Positions 9,027-19,758 are shown, counted from the first letter of the stretch. The stretch: 64,000 bases of DNA from Pseudomonadota bacterium (GCA_021325135.1 JAJPHT010000022.1:41570-105569); one strand, 5' to 3'. A program made the numbers and translations. Notes: generated by a model not told the origin, from the sequence alone.

Positions 9027-9219
9027 GCGGGGAGTTCGGGGGGCGCAGCCCCCTGAAGAAAGAGGAGTCGTCCGGCCGCGCCGCAGCGCGGCCAAAATGG
9101 GGGATTTCAGGGGGGCTCGCCCCCCTGACGTCTCGGTCGCCTGCTCGACGTGATTTCACGTCAGGGGGCTGCGCCCCCTGAAACCCCCGCTTTTGGCCGC
9201 GCTGCGGCGCGGCCGGACG
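9027..9219. repeat. REPIN/MITE-like double-hairpin element, copy A, plus a truncated extra arm (9027-9056)
   Basis: ~62-nt inverted arms 9069-9131 and 9158-9219 around a 26-nt spacer; same element at 33.4, 48.9 and 58.7 kb. Confidence 0.9.
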
Positions 9220-9236
9220 TCGCCTAGGGAACGTTC

Positions 9237-10157
9237 ATGGCCCGGCCTGGCATCCTCCGGATCGTGAGGCTCCTCGCCGGGCTGGCCCTTGCCCTCCTCG
9301 CCTTGCCGCTTGCCGCGGCCCAGGCCAACCTGCCCATCCAGGCGCAGGTGACCGGCTTCATGGACGACCCGGGCCACCCGCTCCAGCCCGGCGCCAACGA
9401 GACGGTCGAGATGACCGTGAACTACCAGGCGGGGCCCGCCTCCCTGCCCGGCCCGCAGCCGGACAACAACGACCCCACCAGCAGCGGGCCCATGCTCACG
9501 CACATCACGTACCGCGCGAAGCAGGTGCCCACCTGGGTGGAGAACCTCACCTTCGACCCGCCCGAGGTCTACGCCAACGACACGCCCGGCATGCAGCAGG
9601 AGCCGCACCACGTCCACGTCATCCTTCGCATCGCGAAGAACGCGCCCGCCGGGAACCACCAGAACCTCAGCGTCGACCTCATCGCCGACCCCAACGGCCC
9701 CACCCCCGGCGCGACGGGCACGACCTCGGAGATCGCGCTGCGCCCTGGCGCCGTCCCCAAGGTCAACGTCACCAAGGACGCGCAGGGGCAGGCCATCCTC
9801 AAGGGGGGAAGCTGGCAGCCGGTCCGCTTCCACGTGACCAACGTGGGCAACGGCCAGATCACCGCGCGGCTCAACGTCACCGTGCGCCCCCAGGACAGCA
9901 TCGTCGACTTCCCCGCGACGCTCACGCTGGACCCCGGCCAGACGCTCCCCGTGGACGTCATGCTGCGCCTCCCGTGGACCTACGGCGAGTCGGGCGCTCT
10001 GGAGCTGGAAGCCACGCCGCTGGGCGCTGGCGACGAGGAGGGGAAGCCCGCCCACGCGGACGTGGACATCGCCGGGCAATCCGCGGTCCCCGCCCTGGAG
10101 CCCCTCGTCGCGGTGGCGGCCGTGGGCATGCTTGCCTTGCTGCGCCGCAGGTCCTAG
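9237..10157 (+). CDS. Secreted surface protein with VPXXXP-CTERM-like sorting signal
   Basis: Signal peptide; beta-rich repeats; C-terminal VPALEP + TM + RRRS. Confidence 0.8.
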   Translation: MARPGILRIVRLLAGLALALLALPLAAAQANLPIQAQVTGFMDDPGHPLQPGANETVEMTVNYQAGPASLPGPQPDNNDPTSSGPMLTHITYRAKQVPTWVENLTFDPPEVYANDTPGMQQEPHHVHVILRIAKNAPAGNHQNLSVDLIADPNGPTPGATGTTSEIALRPGAVPKVNVTKDAQGQAILKGGSWQPVRFHVTNVGNGQITARLNVTVRPQDSIVDFPATLTLDPGQTLPVDVMLRLPWTYGESGALELEATPLGAGDEEGKPAHADVDIAGQSAVPALEPLVAVAAVGMLALLRRRS

Positions 10158-10288
10158 CGCCGATCCTGGGTGGCGTGCAGCGCCTCGCCCCTCTAGTTTT
10201 CCCTGTGGAAGGGTACTTTCGACTGGAGCGGAGACGTTCCGCGCACCTTTAAGCCGGAGACACGGCTCTGGCGGCCAATCTCGGAGGG

Positions 10289-12520
10289 ATGCATAGGGCC
10301 AAGACCGTCGCCGAGGAGCTTGCGAAGAAGCAGAAGGAGATCAGCGTCTCGGAGTTCTTCGAGCGCAACAAGCACATCCTCGGCTTCGACAGCAGCGTCC
10401 GCGCGCTCATCACCAGCGTCAAGGAGGCGGTGGACAACGCCCTGGACGCCTGCGAGGAGGCGCAGATCCTTCCCGACCTCTACGTCGAGATCCGCCGCGA
10501 GGGCCCGGCGGCGAAGGTCGGCCAGACGGAGGAGCTCGTGATGATCGTCGAGGACAACGGCCCCGGCATCGTCAAGCAGCAGATCGGCAACATCTTCGGC
10601 CGCCTGCTCTACGGCTCGCGCTTCCACGCCATCCGCCAGAGCCGCGGCCAGCAGGGCATCGGCATCTCCGCCACCGTGATGTACGGGCAGCTCACCACCG
10701 GCAAGCCCGCGATCGTCTACTCCAAGATCGGCGAGAAGCAGCCGGTCATCCTCACGCACCTCAAGCTGGACACGCGCAGCAACCGCCCCGACGTCCTCAA
10801 GCAGGACCCGGTGTTCGGCGACGAGCACTGGGCCGCCAAGGAGCATGGCACGCGCATCGAGGTCGCCATGACGGGCAAGTACCAGCGCGGCCCGCAGAGC
10901 GTCTTCGAGTACCTGCGCAGCACGGCCATCGTGAACCCGCACGCGCGCCTCACCTTCAAGGAGCCCGACGGCACGACCACCGTCTTCGAGCGCGCGACGG
11001 ACCAGCTTCCGCCGCCCACCAAGGAGATCAAGCCCCACCCCGAGGGCACGGAGCTTGGCACGCTGCTGAAGATGGCCAAGAACACCTCGGCCAAGACGCT
11101 CACCACCTTCCTCCAGGAGGAGTTCAGCCGCGTCTCGTCGGAGAAGGCCAAGGAGATGTGCGACGCCGCCGCGCTCTCGCCGGGCATGCACATGGAGAAG
11201 TTCGACCTCGACGAGGCGAAGGCGCTCCTCAGCGCCCTCCCCAAGGTGAAGCTCCTCCCGCCGCCCACCGACTGCCTCAGCCCCATCGGCGAGACGCTGG
11301 TGCGCAAGGGCCTCAAGAAGGAGCTTCCCGACACCGAGTTCATCGCCACCGTCACGCGCCCCGCCAACGTCTACAGCGGGCGCCCCTTCGTCGTGGAGGC
11401 GGGCCTCGCCTACGGCGGCGGGCTCCCCAAGGACGAGCCCGTGCGCATCATCCGCTTCGCCAACCGCGTGCCCCTCCTCTACCAGAAGGGCGCGTGCGTC
11501 AGCACCACCGCCGTAGAGGGCATGGACTGGCGCCGCTACGAGCTTGACCAGCGCGGCGGCAAGGGCATCCCCATCGGCCCCGTCGTGCTCCTCGTCCACG
11601 TCGCGTCGGTGAACGTCCCCTTCACCAGCGAGGCCAAGGAGGCCATCGCGGACATCGACCAGATCCGCAACGAGGTCGTCCTCGCGCTGCGCGAGTGCGC
11701 GCGCAAGATGGGCAGCCACGTTCGCAAGAAGGCCAAGCTCTCGCGCATGAAGGAGAAGGAGGAGATCATCCGCAAGATCATCCCCAAGATCGCGGAGAAG
11801 AGCGCCTCCATGCTGGGCAAGCCCGTCCCCGACTACGAGCCCATCATCGCGCGCATCATGAACAACATGATGATCACCGACCAGATCGAGCCCGTGCCGA
11901 AGAAGGGGCTCAAGGTCTCCATCCAGGTCACGAACTACTGCAACTTCGGCAAGACCTTCCAGCTCTACAGCGCGATCCCGCACAACGTCGCGCCCACCGA
12001 CGTCTCCCCCGAGCCCGAGAAGGTGGAGGACGGCCTCATCACGTGGAAGATCAAGCGCATCCCCACGGGCGAGACGGAGACGCTCTCCTTCCTGCTCCCG
12101 GGGCTGGACGCCTCCGACTTCGACGAGACGGACCTCTACGTGAAGGGCATCGACGAGGAGCTTGTCATCGGCGCCGAGCCCTGGAAGGGCAAGGAGGAGC
12201 TCCCCCGCATCGAGGTCGAGACGGTGAAGACCATCACCGCCGAAGGCCAGGTCGTCGAGGGCATCGTCCAGAAGGATGACCCCGTCCCCGAGACGCCCGA
12301 TGGCGAAGAGGACGTCGAGGCCGAGAAGGAGCTATCAAAAGCGAAGGGCAAGAAGGGGAAGGAGGTGGAGCTTGCGTCCAAGGACGCGCGCCCCGCCGCG
12401 AAGCCCAAGAAGGGGAGCGCCTTCCCCATGCCCAAGGCCGCGCTGGAGCAGCAGGCGAAGCTTGGCAAGCCCTTCCCCGGCGCGAAGAAGGCCCCCAAGC
12501 CCAAGGGAGGGAAGAAGTAG
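10289..12520 (+). CDS. top6B: DNA topoisomerase VI subunit B
   Basis: [46 protein letters not shown]. Confidence 0.97.
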   Translation: MHRAKTVAEELAKKQKEISVSEFFERNKHILGFDSSVRALITSVKEAVDNALDACEEAQILPDLYVEIRREGPAAKVGQTEELVMIVEDNGPGIVKQQIGNIFGRLLYGSRFHAIRQSRGQQGIGISATVMYGQLTTGKPAIVYSKIGEKQPVILTHLKLDTRSNRPDVLKQDPVFGDEHWAAKEHGTRIEVAMTGKYQRGPQSVFEYLRSTAIVNPHARLTFKEPDGTTTVFERATDQLPPPTKEIKPHPEGTELGTLLKMAKNTSAKTLTTFLQEEFSRVSSEKAKEMCDAAALSPGMHMEKFDLDEAKALLSALPKVKLLPPPTDCLSPIGETLVRKGLKKELPDTEFIATVTRPANVYSGRPFVVEAGLAYGGGLPKDEPVRIIRFANRVPLLYQKGACVSTTAVEGMDWRRYELDQRGGKGIPIGPVVLLVHVASVNVPFTSEAKEAIADIDQIRNEVVLALRECARKMGSHVRKKAKLSRMKEKEEIIRKIIPKIAEKSASMLGKPVPDYEPIIARIMNNMMITDQIEPVPKKGLKVSIQVTNYCNFGKTFQLYSAIPHNVAPTDVSPEPEKVEDGLITWKIKRIPTGETETLSFLLPGLDASDFDETDLYVKGIDEELVIGAEPWKGKEELPRIEVETVKTITAEGQVVEGIVQKDDPVPETPDGEEDVEAEKELSKAKGKKGKEVELASKDARPAAKPKKGSAFPMPKAALEQQAKLGKPFPGAKKAPKPKGGKK

Positions 12521-13654
12521 ATGGCGAAGAAGAAGGCCGCGAAGGCCGACGGCACCGTCCAGATCACCGAACGCCAGAAGGCGGCCATGACGGAATTGCA
12601 GAAGATCGCGGAGAGCATCTACGCGGACTTCCAGCACCACCGCATCCCCAACCTGGAGCTGTCGGTCCGCAGCAAGAGCAACATCCAGTTCGAGGACGAG
12701 CTCAACGTCTGGAAATACGGCGAGAACACCACGGAGCGCAGCGCCAAGAAGACCGACGGCGCCTACATGCTCCTGCGCACCATGTACCTCGCCGAGTTCA
12801 TCAAGCAGATGATCAACGAATCCAAGTCCTCCACGCTCAGAGAAATGTACTACATCAGCGAAGGCTGGGACATGGCGAAGTTCGGCGACCAGGCCGAATC
12901 CGACAAGCTCGCCGAAGACCTCGAGATCATCACCCTCTGCCTCCGCGAGGACTTCAAGCTCCGCCCCGAAGAATCCGGCGCCTCCGTCCTGGGCAACATC
13001 ACCCTGGAAGAGGTCACCCGCGACGGCAACCGCAAACGCTTCAACTGCCGCGACGACGTCGGCGACGCCGGCTACACCATCCCCTTCAACGTCGAGAAGG
13101 ACAAGCTCAAGATCCTCAGCCACGACGCCGACATGATCGTCGCCATCGAGACCGGCGGTATGTACGACCGCCTCGTGGAGAACCGCTTCGACGAGACCAA
13201 CCGCGCCGTCCTCCTCCATCTCAAAGGCCAACCCGCCCGCAGCACACGCCGCTTCCTCAAACGCCTCAACGAGGAGAGCGGGTTGCCCGTGGTGGTCTTC
13301 ACCGACGGCGACCCGTGGTCGTTCCGCATCTTCGCCTCGGTGGCCTACGGCGCCATCAAGACCGCGCACATCTCCGAGTACCTCGCGACCCCCACCGCGC
13401 GCTACCTCGGCATCACGCCCTCGGACATCGTCAACTACGACCTGCCCAGCGACAAGCTCTCGGAGCAGGACGTCAAGGCGCTGGAGGCGGAGCTCACGGA
13501 CCCCCGCTTCGCCGACGACTGGTGGAAGGGCGAGATCGAGCTGCAGCTCTCCCTCCAGAAGAAGAGCGAACAGCAGGCGCTCGCGAAGTACGGCCTCGAC
13601 TTCGTGACGGACACGTACCTGCCGGAGAAGCTCTCCGAGATGGGGATCCTGTAG
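12521..13654 (+). CDS. top6A: DNA topoisomerase VI subunit A
   Basis: STLRE.YY, AIETGGM, KGQP.R.TRR, FTDGDPW, EQQAL. Confidence 0.97.
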   Translation: MAKKKAAKADGTVQITERQKAAMTELQKIAESIYADFQHHRIPNLELSVRSKSNIQFEDELNVWKYGENTTERSAKKTDGAYMLLRTMYLAEFIKQMINESKSSTLREMYYISEGWDMAKFGDQAESDKLAEDLEIITLCLREDFKLRPEESGASVLGNITLEEVTRDGNRKRFNCRDDVGDAGYTIPFNVEKDKLKILSHDADMIVAIETGGMYDRLVENRFDETNRAVLLHLKGQPARSTRRFLKRLNEESGLPVVVFTDGDPWSFRIFASVAYGAIKTAHISEYLATPTARYLGITPSDIVNYDLPSDKLSEQDVKALEAELTDPRFADDWWKGEIELQLSLQKKSEQQALAKYGLDFVTDTYLPEKLSEMGIL

Positions 13655-13656
13655 GA

Positions 13657-14955
13657 TCACTCCTTCGGAAGCACGATGCCCGCCACGACGACGCCCTCGC
13701 CGCCGGAGGGCGCGCCCTCGGGCCAAGGCAGATCGTGGTAGGCCACCTCGCCGTGCTCGGCCACGTCGAGGCCCACCTCCTCGTGGCGCTCGGAGACGCG
13801 CAACGAGACGAGCCTGTCGGTCGCCCCGAGGATGCCCCACGTCATGGCGAACGTGTACGCGACGACGGCCAGGACCGCGACGGCCTGCTTGCCCACCAGG
13901 AGGAGGCTCCCGTCAGCGCCCGCCGGGTTCACGGCGAGGCTCGCGAAGGCGCCGGTGAGGAGCGCGCCCAGGATGCCGCCCACGCCGTGCACGCCGAACG
14001 CGTCGAGGCTGTCGTCCAGCCGCAGCACCTCCTTGGTGAGCGCGACGCCGAGATGGCAGACCGCTCCCGCCGCGAGGCCGATGAGGATGGCCGCCATGGG
14101 CGCGACGAAGCCGCTGGCGGGTGTGATGGCCACGAGCCCCGCGACCAGGCCGGCCGACGCGCCCAGCACGCTGGCCTTCCCCTTGCGCCACCACTCCAGG
14201 GCGCACCACGAGAGCGCGGCGGCCGCGGCGGCCAGGTGCGTCGCCGCGAAGGCGGACACGGCGAGGCTCCCCGCCGCCAGGGCGCTGCCCGCGTTGAAGC
14301 CGAACCAGCCGAACCACAGCAACCCCGCGCCCAGCACGGTGAGGGGGACGTTGTGAGGCCGCATCGCATCGCGGCCGAACCCCTTGCGGTGGCCCACGTA
14401 GAGGACGCACGCCAGCGCGGCGACGCCCGCCGTGACGTGGACCACGGTGCCGCCCGCGAAGTCCAGGGCGCCCAGCCTGCGCAGCCAGCCGCCCTCGCCC
14501 CACACCCAGTGCGCCACGACGTCGTAGACCAGCGTGCTCCACGCGAGGCCGAAGACCACGAGCGCCTTGATGGAGAAGCGCTCCGCGAACGCGCCCACGA
14601 TGAGCGCGGGCGTGATGGCGGCGAACATCATCTGGAAGAGCGCGAACGCAAGCGCGGGGACCGTCGCGGCGTACGCCGGCTCCGCCGCGTCGGCCCGCAC
14701 TCCGGATAGCATCGCGCGGTCGAGCCCGCCCACGACGCCGCCGTGGTCGTGGCCGAAGGCCAGCGAGTAGCCCACGAACGCCCACTGGAGCGAGACGAGG
14801 GCCAGCAGCACGAGGCATTGCATCAGTGTCGAGAGCACGTTCTTGTGGCGCACCATCCCGCCGTAGAAGAGCGCGAGGCCCGGCACCATGAGCATGACCA
14901 GCGCGGCGCCGACGAGCACCCATGCGGTGTCGCCGGTGGAGAGATCGACCGCCAT
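13657..14955 (-). CDS. amt: Ammonium transporter (Amt family)
   Basis: PGLALFYGG, FQ.MFA.IT.AL, DFAGGTVVH, WFGWFGFNAGS, DDSLD.FGVHG. Confidence 0.96.
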   Translation of the reverse strand: MAVDLSTGDTAWVLVGAALVMLMVPGLALFYGGMVRHKNVLSTLMQCLVLLALVSLQWAFVGYSLAFGHDHGGVVGGLDRAMLSGVRADAAEPAYAATVPALAFALFQMMFAAITPALIVGAFAERFSIKALVVFGLAWSTLVYDVVAHWVWGEGGWLRRLGALDFAGGTVVHVTAGVAALACVLYVGHRKGFGRDAMRPHNVPLTVLGAGLLWFGWFGFNAGSALAAGSLAVSAFAATHLAAAAAALSWCALEWWRKGKASVLGASAGLVAGLVAITPASGFVAPMAAILIGLAAGAVCHLGVALTKEVLRLDDSLDAFGVHGVGGILGALLTGAFASLAVNPAGADGSLLLVGKQAVAVLAVVAYTFAMTWGILGATDRLVSLRVSERHEEVGLDVAEHGEVAYHDLPWPEGAPSGGEGVVVAGIVLPKE

Positions 14956-15097
14956 GGCGCGCTCCTGCGGGCCGGGCGTATTTGGGCGCATCGGAAAAGT
15001 TCAGCGACGCATGATCGCCAAGCGCCTCGTCTTCCGTTCATCCGCTTGGACGGATGACGAACTCCGCTTCACTTGGCGAGGGACTCGGGAGGGAAGG

Positions 15098-15319
15098 TCA
15101 CTCCGCCCCTTCCCGCTCCTCGCGCCGCGCGATGGCCTCCTTGACGCGGCTGGGCACGCCGGGGCGCGAGCCGCCGATCTGCTCCTCGGCGGGGTACTGC
15201 GACGGCGCGGGCGCCTCGCCTCGCGGCGGCTCCAGGGGGAGGTCCGCGTCGCGCGCGCGGCGCATGTGCTCCATGTCGGGTGCCTTGCCTTCGGGGCGGT
15301 GCGGGTTGTGGCCGGGCAT
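15098..15319 (-). CDS. Small hypothetical protein (~73 aa)
   Basis: ATG start MPGHNPH...; codon usage resembles neighbours. Confidence 0.4.
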   Translation of the reverse strand: MPGHNPHRPEGKAPDMEHMRRARDADLPLEPPRGEAPAPSQYPAEEQIGGSRPGVPSRVKEAIARREEREGAE

Positions 15320-15378
15320 GCGGTCCACCAGGCGTGGGCGCGCCAAGGGGGTTCTGGCCGGGTGGTCGGTGGCGCGTC

Positions 15379-15552
15379 CTACATGCTCCCCCGCGTCGGG
15401 TCCACCAGCGCGGGCCCCTCCACGAGCCTGGCCCCCTTCGCGCGCGCGTTGCGCTCCGCCCGCTGGCGCGCGGCCTCGCCGTTCCCCGCCGCGAGGACGT
15501 TCGTCTCCCGCGCGCCGTCGGGTCGCTCCAGGACGTAGCGCCAGAGGGCCAC
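15379..15552 (-). CDS. Small hypothetical protein (57 aa, not in ORF track)
   Basis: GTG-started frame MALWRYVLERPDGARETNVLAAG... with high GC3. Confidence 0.35.
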   Translation of the reverse strand: MALWRYVLERPDGARETNVLAAGNGEAARQRAERNARAKGARLVEGPALVDPTRGSM

Positions 15553-15630
15553 GCCCTTGGCATGGGCACGGAGGTGGGATGGACGTTGCGCTTCCCGGGG
15601 GTTTCGCTTCTCCTGTCACGCCTAGACGCG

Positions 15631-15677
15631 ACGGCGCCACGACGCGACGCTTGGGAATCGTCGCGTCGTGGCGCCGT
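15631..15677. terminator. Perfect 19-bp hairpin downstream of the S15 peptidase gene
   Basis: acggcgccacgacgcgacg / cgtcgcgtcgtggcgccgt with 9-nt loop. Confidence 0.5.
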
Positions 15678-15707
15678 GGCGTCGTCGCGTTGAGTGGTGA
15701 GAGAGCC

Positions 15708-17573
15708 TCAGTCCGCGGCGCCGCCCGCGCCCACCAGGGCCGGCAGCCAGAGCGGGTTGTCCCAGCGCGAGACCTCGAAGGGGCGCTGCACGATGGGGAG
15801 CGTGAGCGTCGTGGCCTTGTCGCCGTACTGCACGTCCACGGGCGCGGTCTGCGCGCTGGGGAGCACGTCGCTGCCGGCCATCTCCTGGGTGAGGACGAGC
15901 TTGAGCTTGGAGCCGGCGAGGAGGCGCGCGTCGAGAGGATAGAACTCCATCTTCGCGACGAGGGGCTGGCCGGGCGTCACGGGCTGCGGGTCCATGCCTC
16001 CGGCGGCGTAGCGCAGGTCCATCTGCGCGCGGCCGATCCAGATGTCGCTTCCGTTGGCGAGGACCTCGTGCAGCTCGGCCCACAGGAGGCCGCCGCCGCT
16101 GCGGGGGACGACGGTGACGTGGAACGTGGGCAGGCCCGCGATGCGCGTCTCGTTGGCGAAGGGCGCGGTGGTGAACGAGAGCAGCGTCTTCGCCGCAGCT
16201 TCAGGGACCTGGGCGGGGAGCGCGCCCTCGGCCATGGGCGCGTAGAGCGTGTCGGTGCCCTCCTGGGCGCCCTTCTCCACGAGCTTGCCCGAGGCGTCGG
16301 GGTGCAGGGCGAGGGGCGTCGCGTCCAGGGGCGGATAGGCGTTCACCGGCTCGGCGCGCCAGTTGCCGTGCGTGTCCTCCACCTGCACGGCGGGGCCTGT
16401 GTCGGTCTTGGCGCCCTTCAATTCCTGGTCGAACCAGCGCAGCAGCATTTCGGCCCAATCCATGCGGACGTCGGGGTGCTCGCTGGCGCGGTCGGCGTGG
16501 ACGTGCGCCCACTCGCCGATGAGCGCCTTCTTCGGGCCGGGGAACTGGTTGTAGATATCAAGCCCCTGCGAGGGCTTCACGTTCCAGTCCTGGAAGCCGT
16601 GGATGTAGAAGAGCGAGCCGTGGAAGCTCTTCAGCGCGCGCTCGCGGTAGTCGCGGTCCTGCCAGTATTGCGCCTGCGGGCCCATGTCGGCGGGCGTGCC
16701 GCTCTGGCCGCCGCCGGTGAGGTAGCCGAAGGCGCCTTCGGGCGCGTGGAAGGGGCCGCTGAAGGGGGAGGGGCACGCGACGCGCGCCGCGGTCTGCGGG
16801 TCGTCGGGCGAAGCCCCGGGCCCGCCCTGCGTCGCGCCGTACGAGTAATATTCCTCGCCCAGGATGAGGCTCCGCGTCTCCGCGCTGCCGTTGCGGAAGT
16901 GGAGCTGCTGCATGGAGTCGATGCCCTCGATGGGCACGATGGTCTTGAGGTACTTGTTGCCGGTGGTGGCGGCCTCCCACGCGGTCGTGCCGTCGTAGGA
17001 CTTGCCGATGACGCCCACCGCGCCGCTGCTCCAGGGCTGCGTGCCCAGGTAGGTGAGCATGGCGTCGATGTCCTTCTGCTCGGTGGCGCCCAGGTAGTCG
17101 TTGCAGCCCTCCGACTGGCCCGTGCCGCGCACGCTGGCCTGCACGACGGCGTAGCCGTGGGGGACAAGGTTGTCGATGAGGAACTTGCCCAGGCGCACGT
17201 GCGCGGGCGTGCCCACGTCGTCGTCAAGCTCGCCGTAGTAGGGCCCCACGTCCACCAGCACCGGGACCTTCGTGCCGTTGGGCACGTCGGGGAGGTAGAT
17301 GCCCAGCGCGAGCTTCACGCCGTCGAAGCTGGGCATGAGGACGACCTTCGCGGGGAGCGCATGGTAGGGCCCCGTCTCCACGGGGCGGCTCCAGTCGAGG
17401 GGCTTGCCGTCGGTCCCGTTGACCTCGAACGCGCTGGCCGCCGGGAAGGGGAGCCCCGCCGTGGAGGCCGGCGTCGCCCCCAGGGGCGCGTCCGTCGTCG
17501 CGCCGGGGGAGAAGCACCCCGCGAGGCCGGGCGCGAGGAGGGCGAGGGCAGCGAGGGCGAGGACGGGCCGCAT
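15708..17573 (-). CDS. CocE/NonD (peptidase S15, X-Pro dipeptidyl peptidase-like) lipoprotein
   Basis: LAGC lipobox; VRGTG.SEG; GKSYDG nucleophile elbow; HG.QDWNV; C-terminal PepX-type domain. Confidence 0.9.
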   Translation of the reverse strand: MRPVLALAALALLAPGLAGCFSPGATTDAPLGATPASTAGLPFPAASAFEVNGTDGKPLDWSRPVETGPYHALPAKVVLMPSFDGVKLALGIYLPDVPNGTKVPVLVDVGPYYGELDDDVGTPAHVRLGKFLIDNLVPHGYAVVQASVRGTGQSEGCNDYLGATEQKDIDAMLTYLGTQPWSSGAVGVIGKSYDGTTAWEAATTGNKYLKTIVPIEGIDSMQQLHFRNGSAETRSLILGEEYYSYGATQGGPGASPDDPQTAARVACPSPFSGPFHAPEGAFGYLTGGGQSGTPADMGPQAQYWQDRDYRERALKSFHGSLFYIHGFQDWNVKPSQGLDIYNQFPGPKKALIGEWAHVHADRASEHPDVRMDWAEMLLRWFDQELKGAKTDTGPAVQVEDTHGNWRAEPVNAYPPLDATPLALHPDASGKLVEKGAQEGTDTLYAPMAEGALPAQVPEAAAKTLLSFTTAPFANETRIAGLPTFHVTVVPRSGGGLLWAELHEVLANGSDIWIGRAQMDLRYAAGGMDPQPVTPGQPLVAKMEFYPLDARLLAGSKLKLVLTQEMAGSDVLPSAQTAPVDVQYGDKATTLTLPIVQRPFEVSRWDNPLWLPALVGAGGAAD

Positions 17574-17895
17574 CGCCCGGGACCCCTCGGCGCGGAGGCA
17601 TCAGCCTTGTGGTGGTGGAGGTGGGCGATGCCGCGCCCCTGTAGTTTCGCCCCTCCCCGTGGCGCCGGGAGAAGCCTCCACGCCCCTGAGGGGCGCCCAT
17701 GGCCTCGCTCGCCCCCGCGGCGCCCGTCCCGTGGTCCTGTCCTGATTGCCAGCGCCCCCTCGTCGCCACGGGCGGCTGCGCCTTCTGCCCCGCGTGCGGG
17801 TACTCGCCCTGTGGCTGAGGGCGGGCAGCACTTTCAGGCCCCCCTGGCCCGGGGCCGCTTGAGGCGAGCAGGCCTCGCTTCCTCTGGAGATTGGC

Positions 17896-18159
17896 ATGTT
17901 CTGCGCCCTGTGCGGCCAGCACGCGCGCCACCCCAAGAGCCCCGTGCCGGAGCTGCGCCGGAAGGAATGCCCCCGCTTCCCCGACGGCGTGATCCATCGC
18001 GGCTGCTGCGCGGGGGAGGTGTGCTCGTTCCTCGACCGTCGCGGCCACGTGCGCTGCGGCTGGGAGACGGGCGGCAAGGAGAGGCTGGAGGTGGCTCAGC
18101 GCCTCCGTGCGGCGATCCAGGCCGCCTCGGGAGAGCCCGAGGCCGACCAGCATTCGTGA
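17896..18159 (+). CDS. Small Cys/His-rich putative metal-binding protein
   Basis: CALC...C......H.GCC...C...H..C pattern. Confidence 0.55.
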   Translation: MFCALCGQHARHPKSPVPELRRKECPRFPDGVIHRGCCAGEVCSFLDRRGHVRCGWETGGKERLEVAQRLRAAIQAASGEPEADQHS

Positions 18160-18403
18160 AGCCATCCACGTCGGACTTCCGCGCAAGGATGACGATCGCC
18201 TCGCTCCGTCGGCGCGCCGCTTTTGCATCCGTGTGGGTCCTCCTGCTGCCGATGCGAAGGGGGGAGTCCATGCTCGCGGACCCCGGGTGAGCCATCGCAC
18301 CGCTGGAGCTTCGTCGTAGCCGGGGGAGGACCCCCAGACCCCCCTTCGGAGGATGGCTCGGGGGTGGCGGCATCGCTTTCTGCCGGAGGCCAGATGGCCC
18401 CTC

Positions 18404-19537
18404 GTGCGAGCCTTCGTCGCGATCCTCCTGCTGGTCCTGGCCCCCGCGCTGGAGGGATGCGCGTCGCCCCCGACGACCCCCGCTTCGGCGCCCACGGCGC
18501 CCTCCGCGCTGCCTCTCCCCACGCACGTCGGCCACGTCTTCCTCATCGTGCTGGAGAACGAGGGGTACGACACGACGTTCGGGTCCTCGCCCCCGGCGCC
18601 CTACCTGGGGGCGACGCTCCCCTCCCAGGGGCGCCTCCTCACCCAGTACTTCGCCATCGGGCACTCCAGCCTGGACAACTACGTCGCCATGGTCAGCGGC
18701 CAGGCGCCCAACCCGCAGACGCAGAACGACTGCCTCGTCTACGCGGACTTCCACGAGGCGACGACGCTGGACGGGCAGGCCGTGGGGCAGGGCTGCGTCT
18801 ACCCCGCGCACGTGAAGACCATCGGCGACCAGCTCGCCGCGAAGGGGCTCTCGTGGAGGATGTACGCGGAGGACATGAACGCCTCCGCGCCTGGCGTGCC
18901 CGGCGCGTGCCGCCACCCCGCCCTCGGCTCGCGCGACCCCTGGGAGGGCGCCTCGTCCGCGAAGGACCAGTACGCGACGAAGCACGTCCCCTTCGTCTAC
19001 TTCCACAGCGTGATCGACGACGAGGCCTCCTGCAAGGCGCGCGTGGTCGACCTCAACCTCCTCTCCGACGACCTCAATGACTCTGCGCGCACGCCCGCCT
19101 TCTCCTTCATCTCGCCCAACCTGTGCGACGACGGCCACGACGCGCCCTGCGCCAGCGGCGCGCCGGGCGGCTACAAGTCCATCGACGCGTTCCTCCAGGC
19201 CTGGGTCCCGCGCATCGTGAACTCCACCGCATACCAGAAGGACGGCCTCCTCATCGTCACGTTCGACGAGTCCGACGGCGAGGACGACAGCACGGCGTGC
19301 TGCAACGAGCCCGCGGGCTACAACACGCTCCAGCCCGGCCTCACGGGGCCCGGAGGCGGCCACGTGGGCGCCGTCCTCCTCTCGCGCTGCCTCGCGGCGG
19401 GCACGAAGGACGACACGCCCTACAACCACTACTCGCTCCTGCGCACGCTGGAGGACGACTTCGGCGTGGACCACCTGGGCTACGCGGGGCAGGGCGGGCT
19501 CAAGGACCTGGACCTGGGCGCGTGCGCGCTGCGTTAG
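18404..19537 (+). CDS. Phosphoesterase-family (acid phosphatase/phospholipase C-like) lipoprotein
   Basis: LEGC lipobox; HVFLIVLEN, HSSLDNY, KH.PF, DGHD, TFDE, NHYSLLRT.ED. Confidence 0.9.
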   Translation: MRAFVAILLLVLAPALEGCASPPTTPASAPTAPSALPLPTHVGHVFLIVLENEGYDTTFGSSPPAPYLGATLPSQGRLLTQYFAIGHSSLDNYVAMVSGQAPNPQTQNDCLVYADFHEATTLDGQAVGQGCVYPAHVKTIGDQLAAKGLSWRMYAEDMNASAPGVPGACRHPALGSRDPWEGASSAKDQYATKHVPFVYFHSVIDDEASCKARVVDLNLLSDDLNDSARTPAFSFISPNLCDDGHDAPCASGAPGGYKSIDAFLQAWVPRIVNSTAYQKDGLLIVTFDESDGEDDSTACCNEPAGYNTLQPGLTGPGGGHVGAVLLSRCLAAGTKDDTPYNHYSLLRTLEDDFGVDHLGYAGQGGLKDLDLGACALR

Positions 19538-19758
19538 GCCAGCAGCGCCGCGGCGTCCGCGAAGGGGCAGGAGACGCAGACGCGGTGGTTGTCCACGATG
19601 GTCTCGAAGCCGGGGCGCCCGTCGAGGCAGTGGGAGCAGACCGGCGTGTCCTGCGCGGGCCCCGCGAGGGAGAGGACGCGCTCGGCGTGGCAGGAGGGGT
19701 CGCTGGCGGAGGACAGGGGGACGAGGGCGGCGAGAAGGCAGAGGGCGACAAGGAGCAT
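19534..19758 (-). CDS. Small secreted Cys-rich protein
   Basis: Signal peptide followed by CSHC and CVSC. Confidence 0.55.
   Translation of the reverse strand: MLLVALCLLAALVPLSSASDPSCHAERVLSLAGPAQDTPVCSHCLDGRPGFETIVDNHRVCVSCPFADAAALLA

Noticed and set aside
9027-9219. Repeat-spacer-repeat units as mini-CRISPR arrays
   Set aside because: Arms are inverted rather than direct, spacers are homologous between copies, and there are no cas genes
14956-15060. NrpR operator or glnK beside amt
   Set aside because: ggaaaagttca does not match GGAA-N6-TTCC, and no PII ORF is adjacent
19534-19758. c-type cytochrome
   Set aside because: CxxC motifs lack the following His
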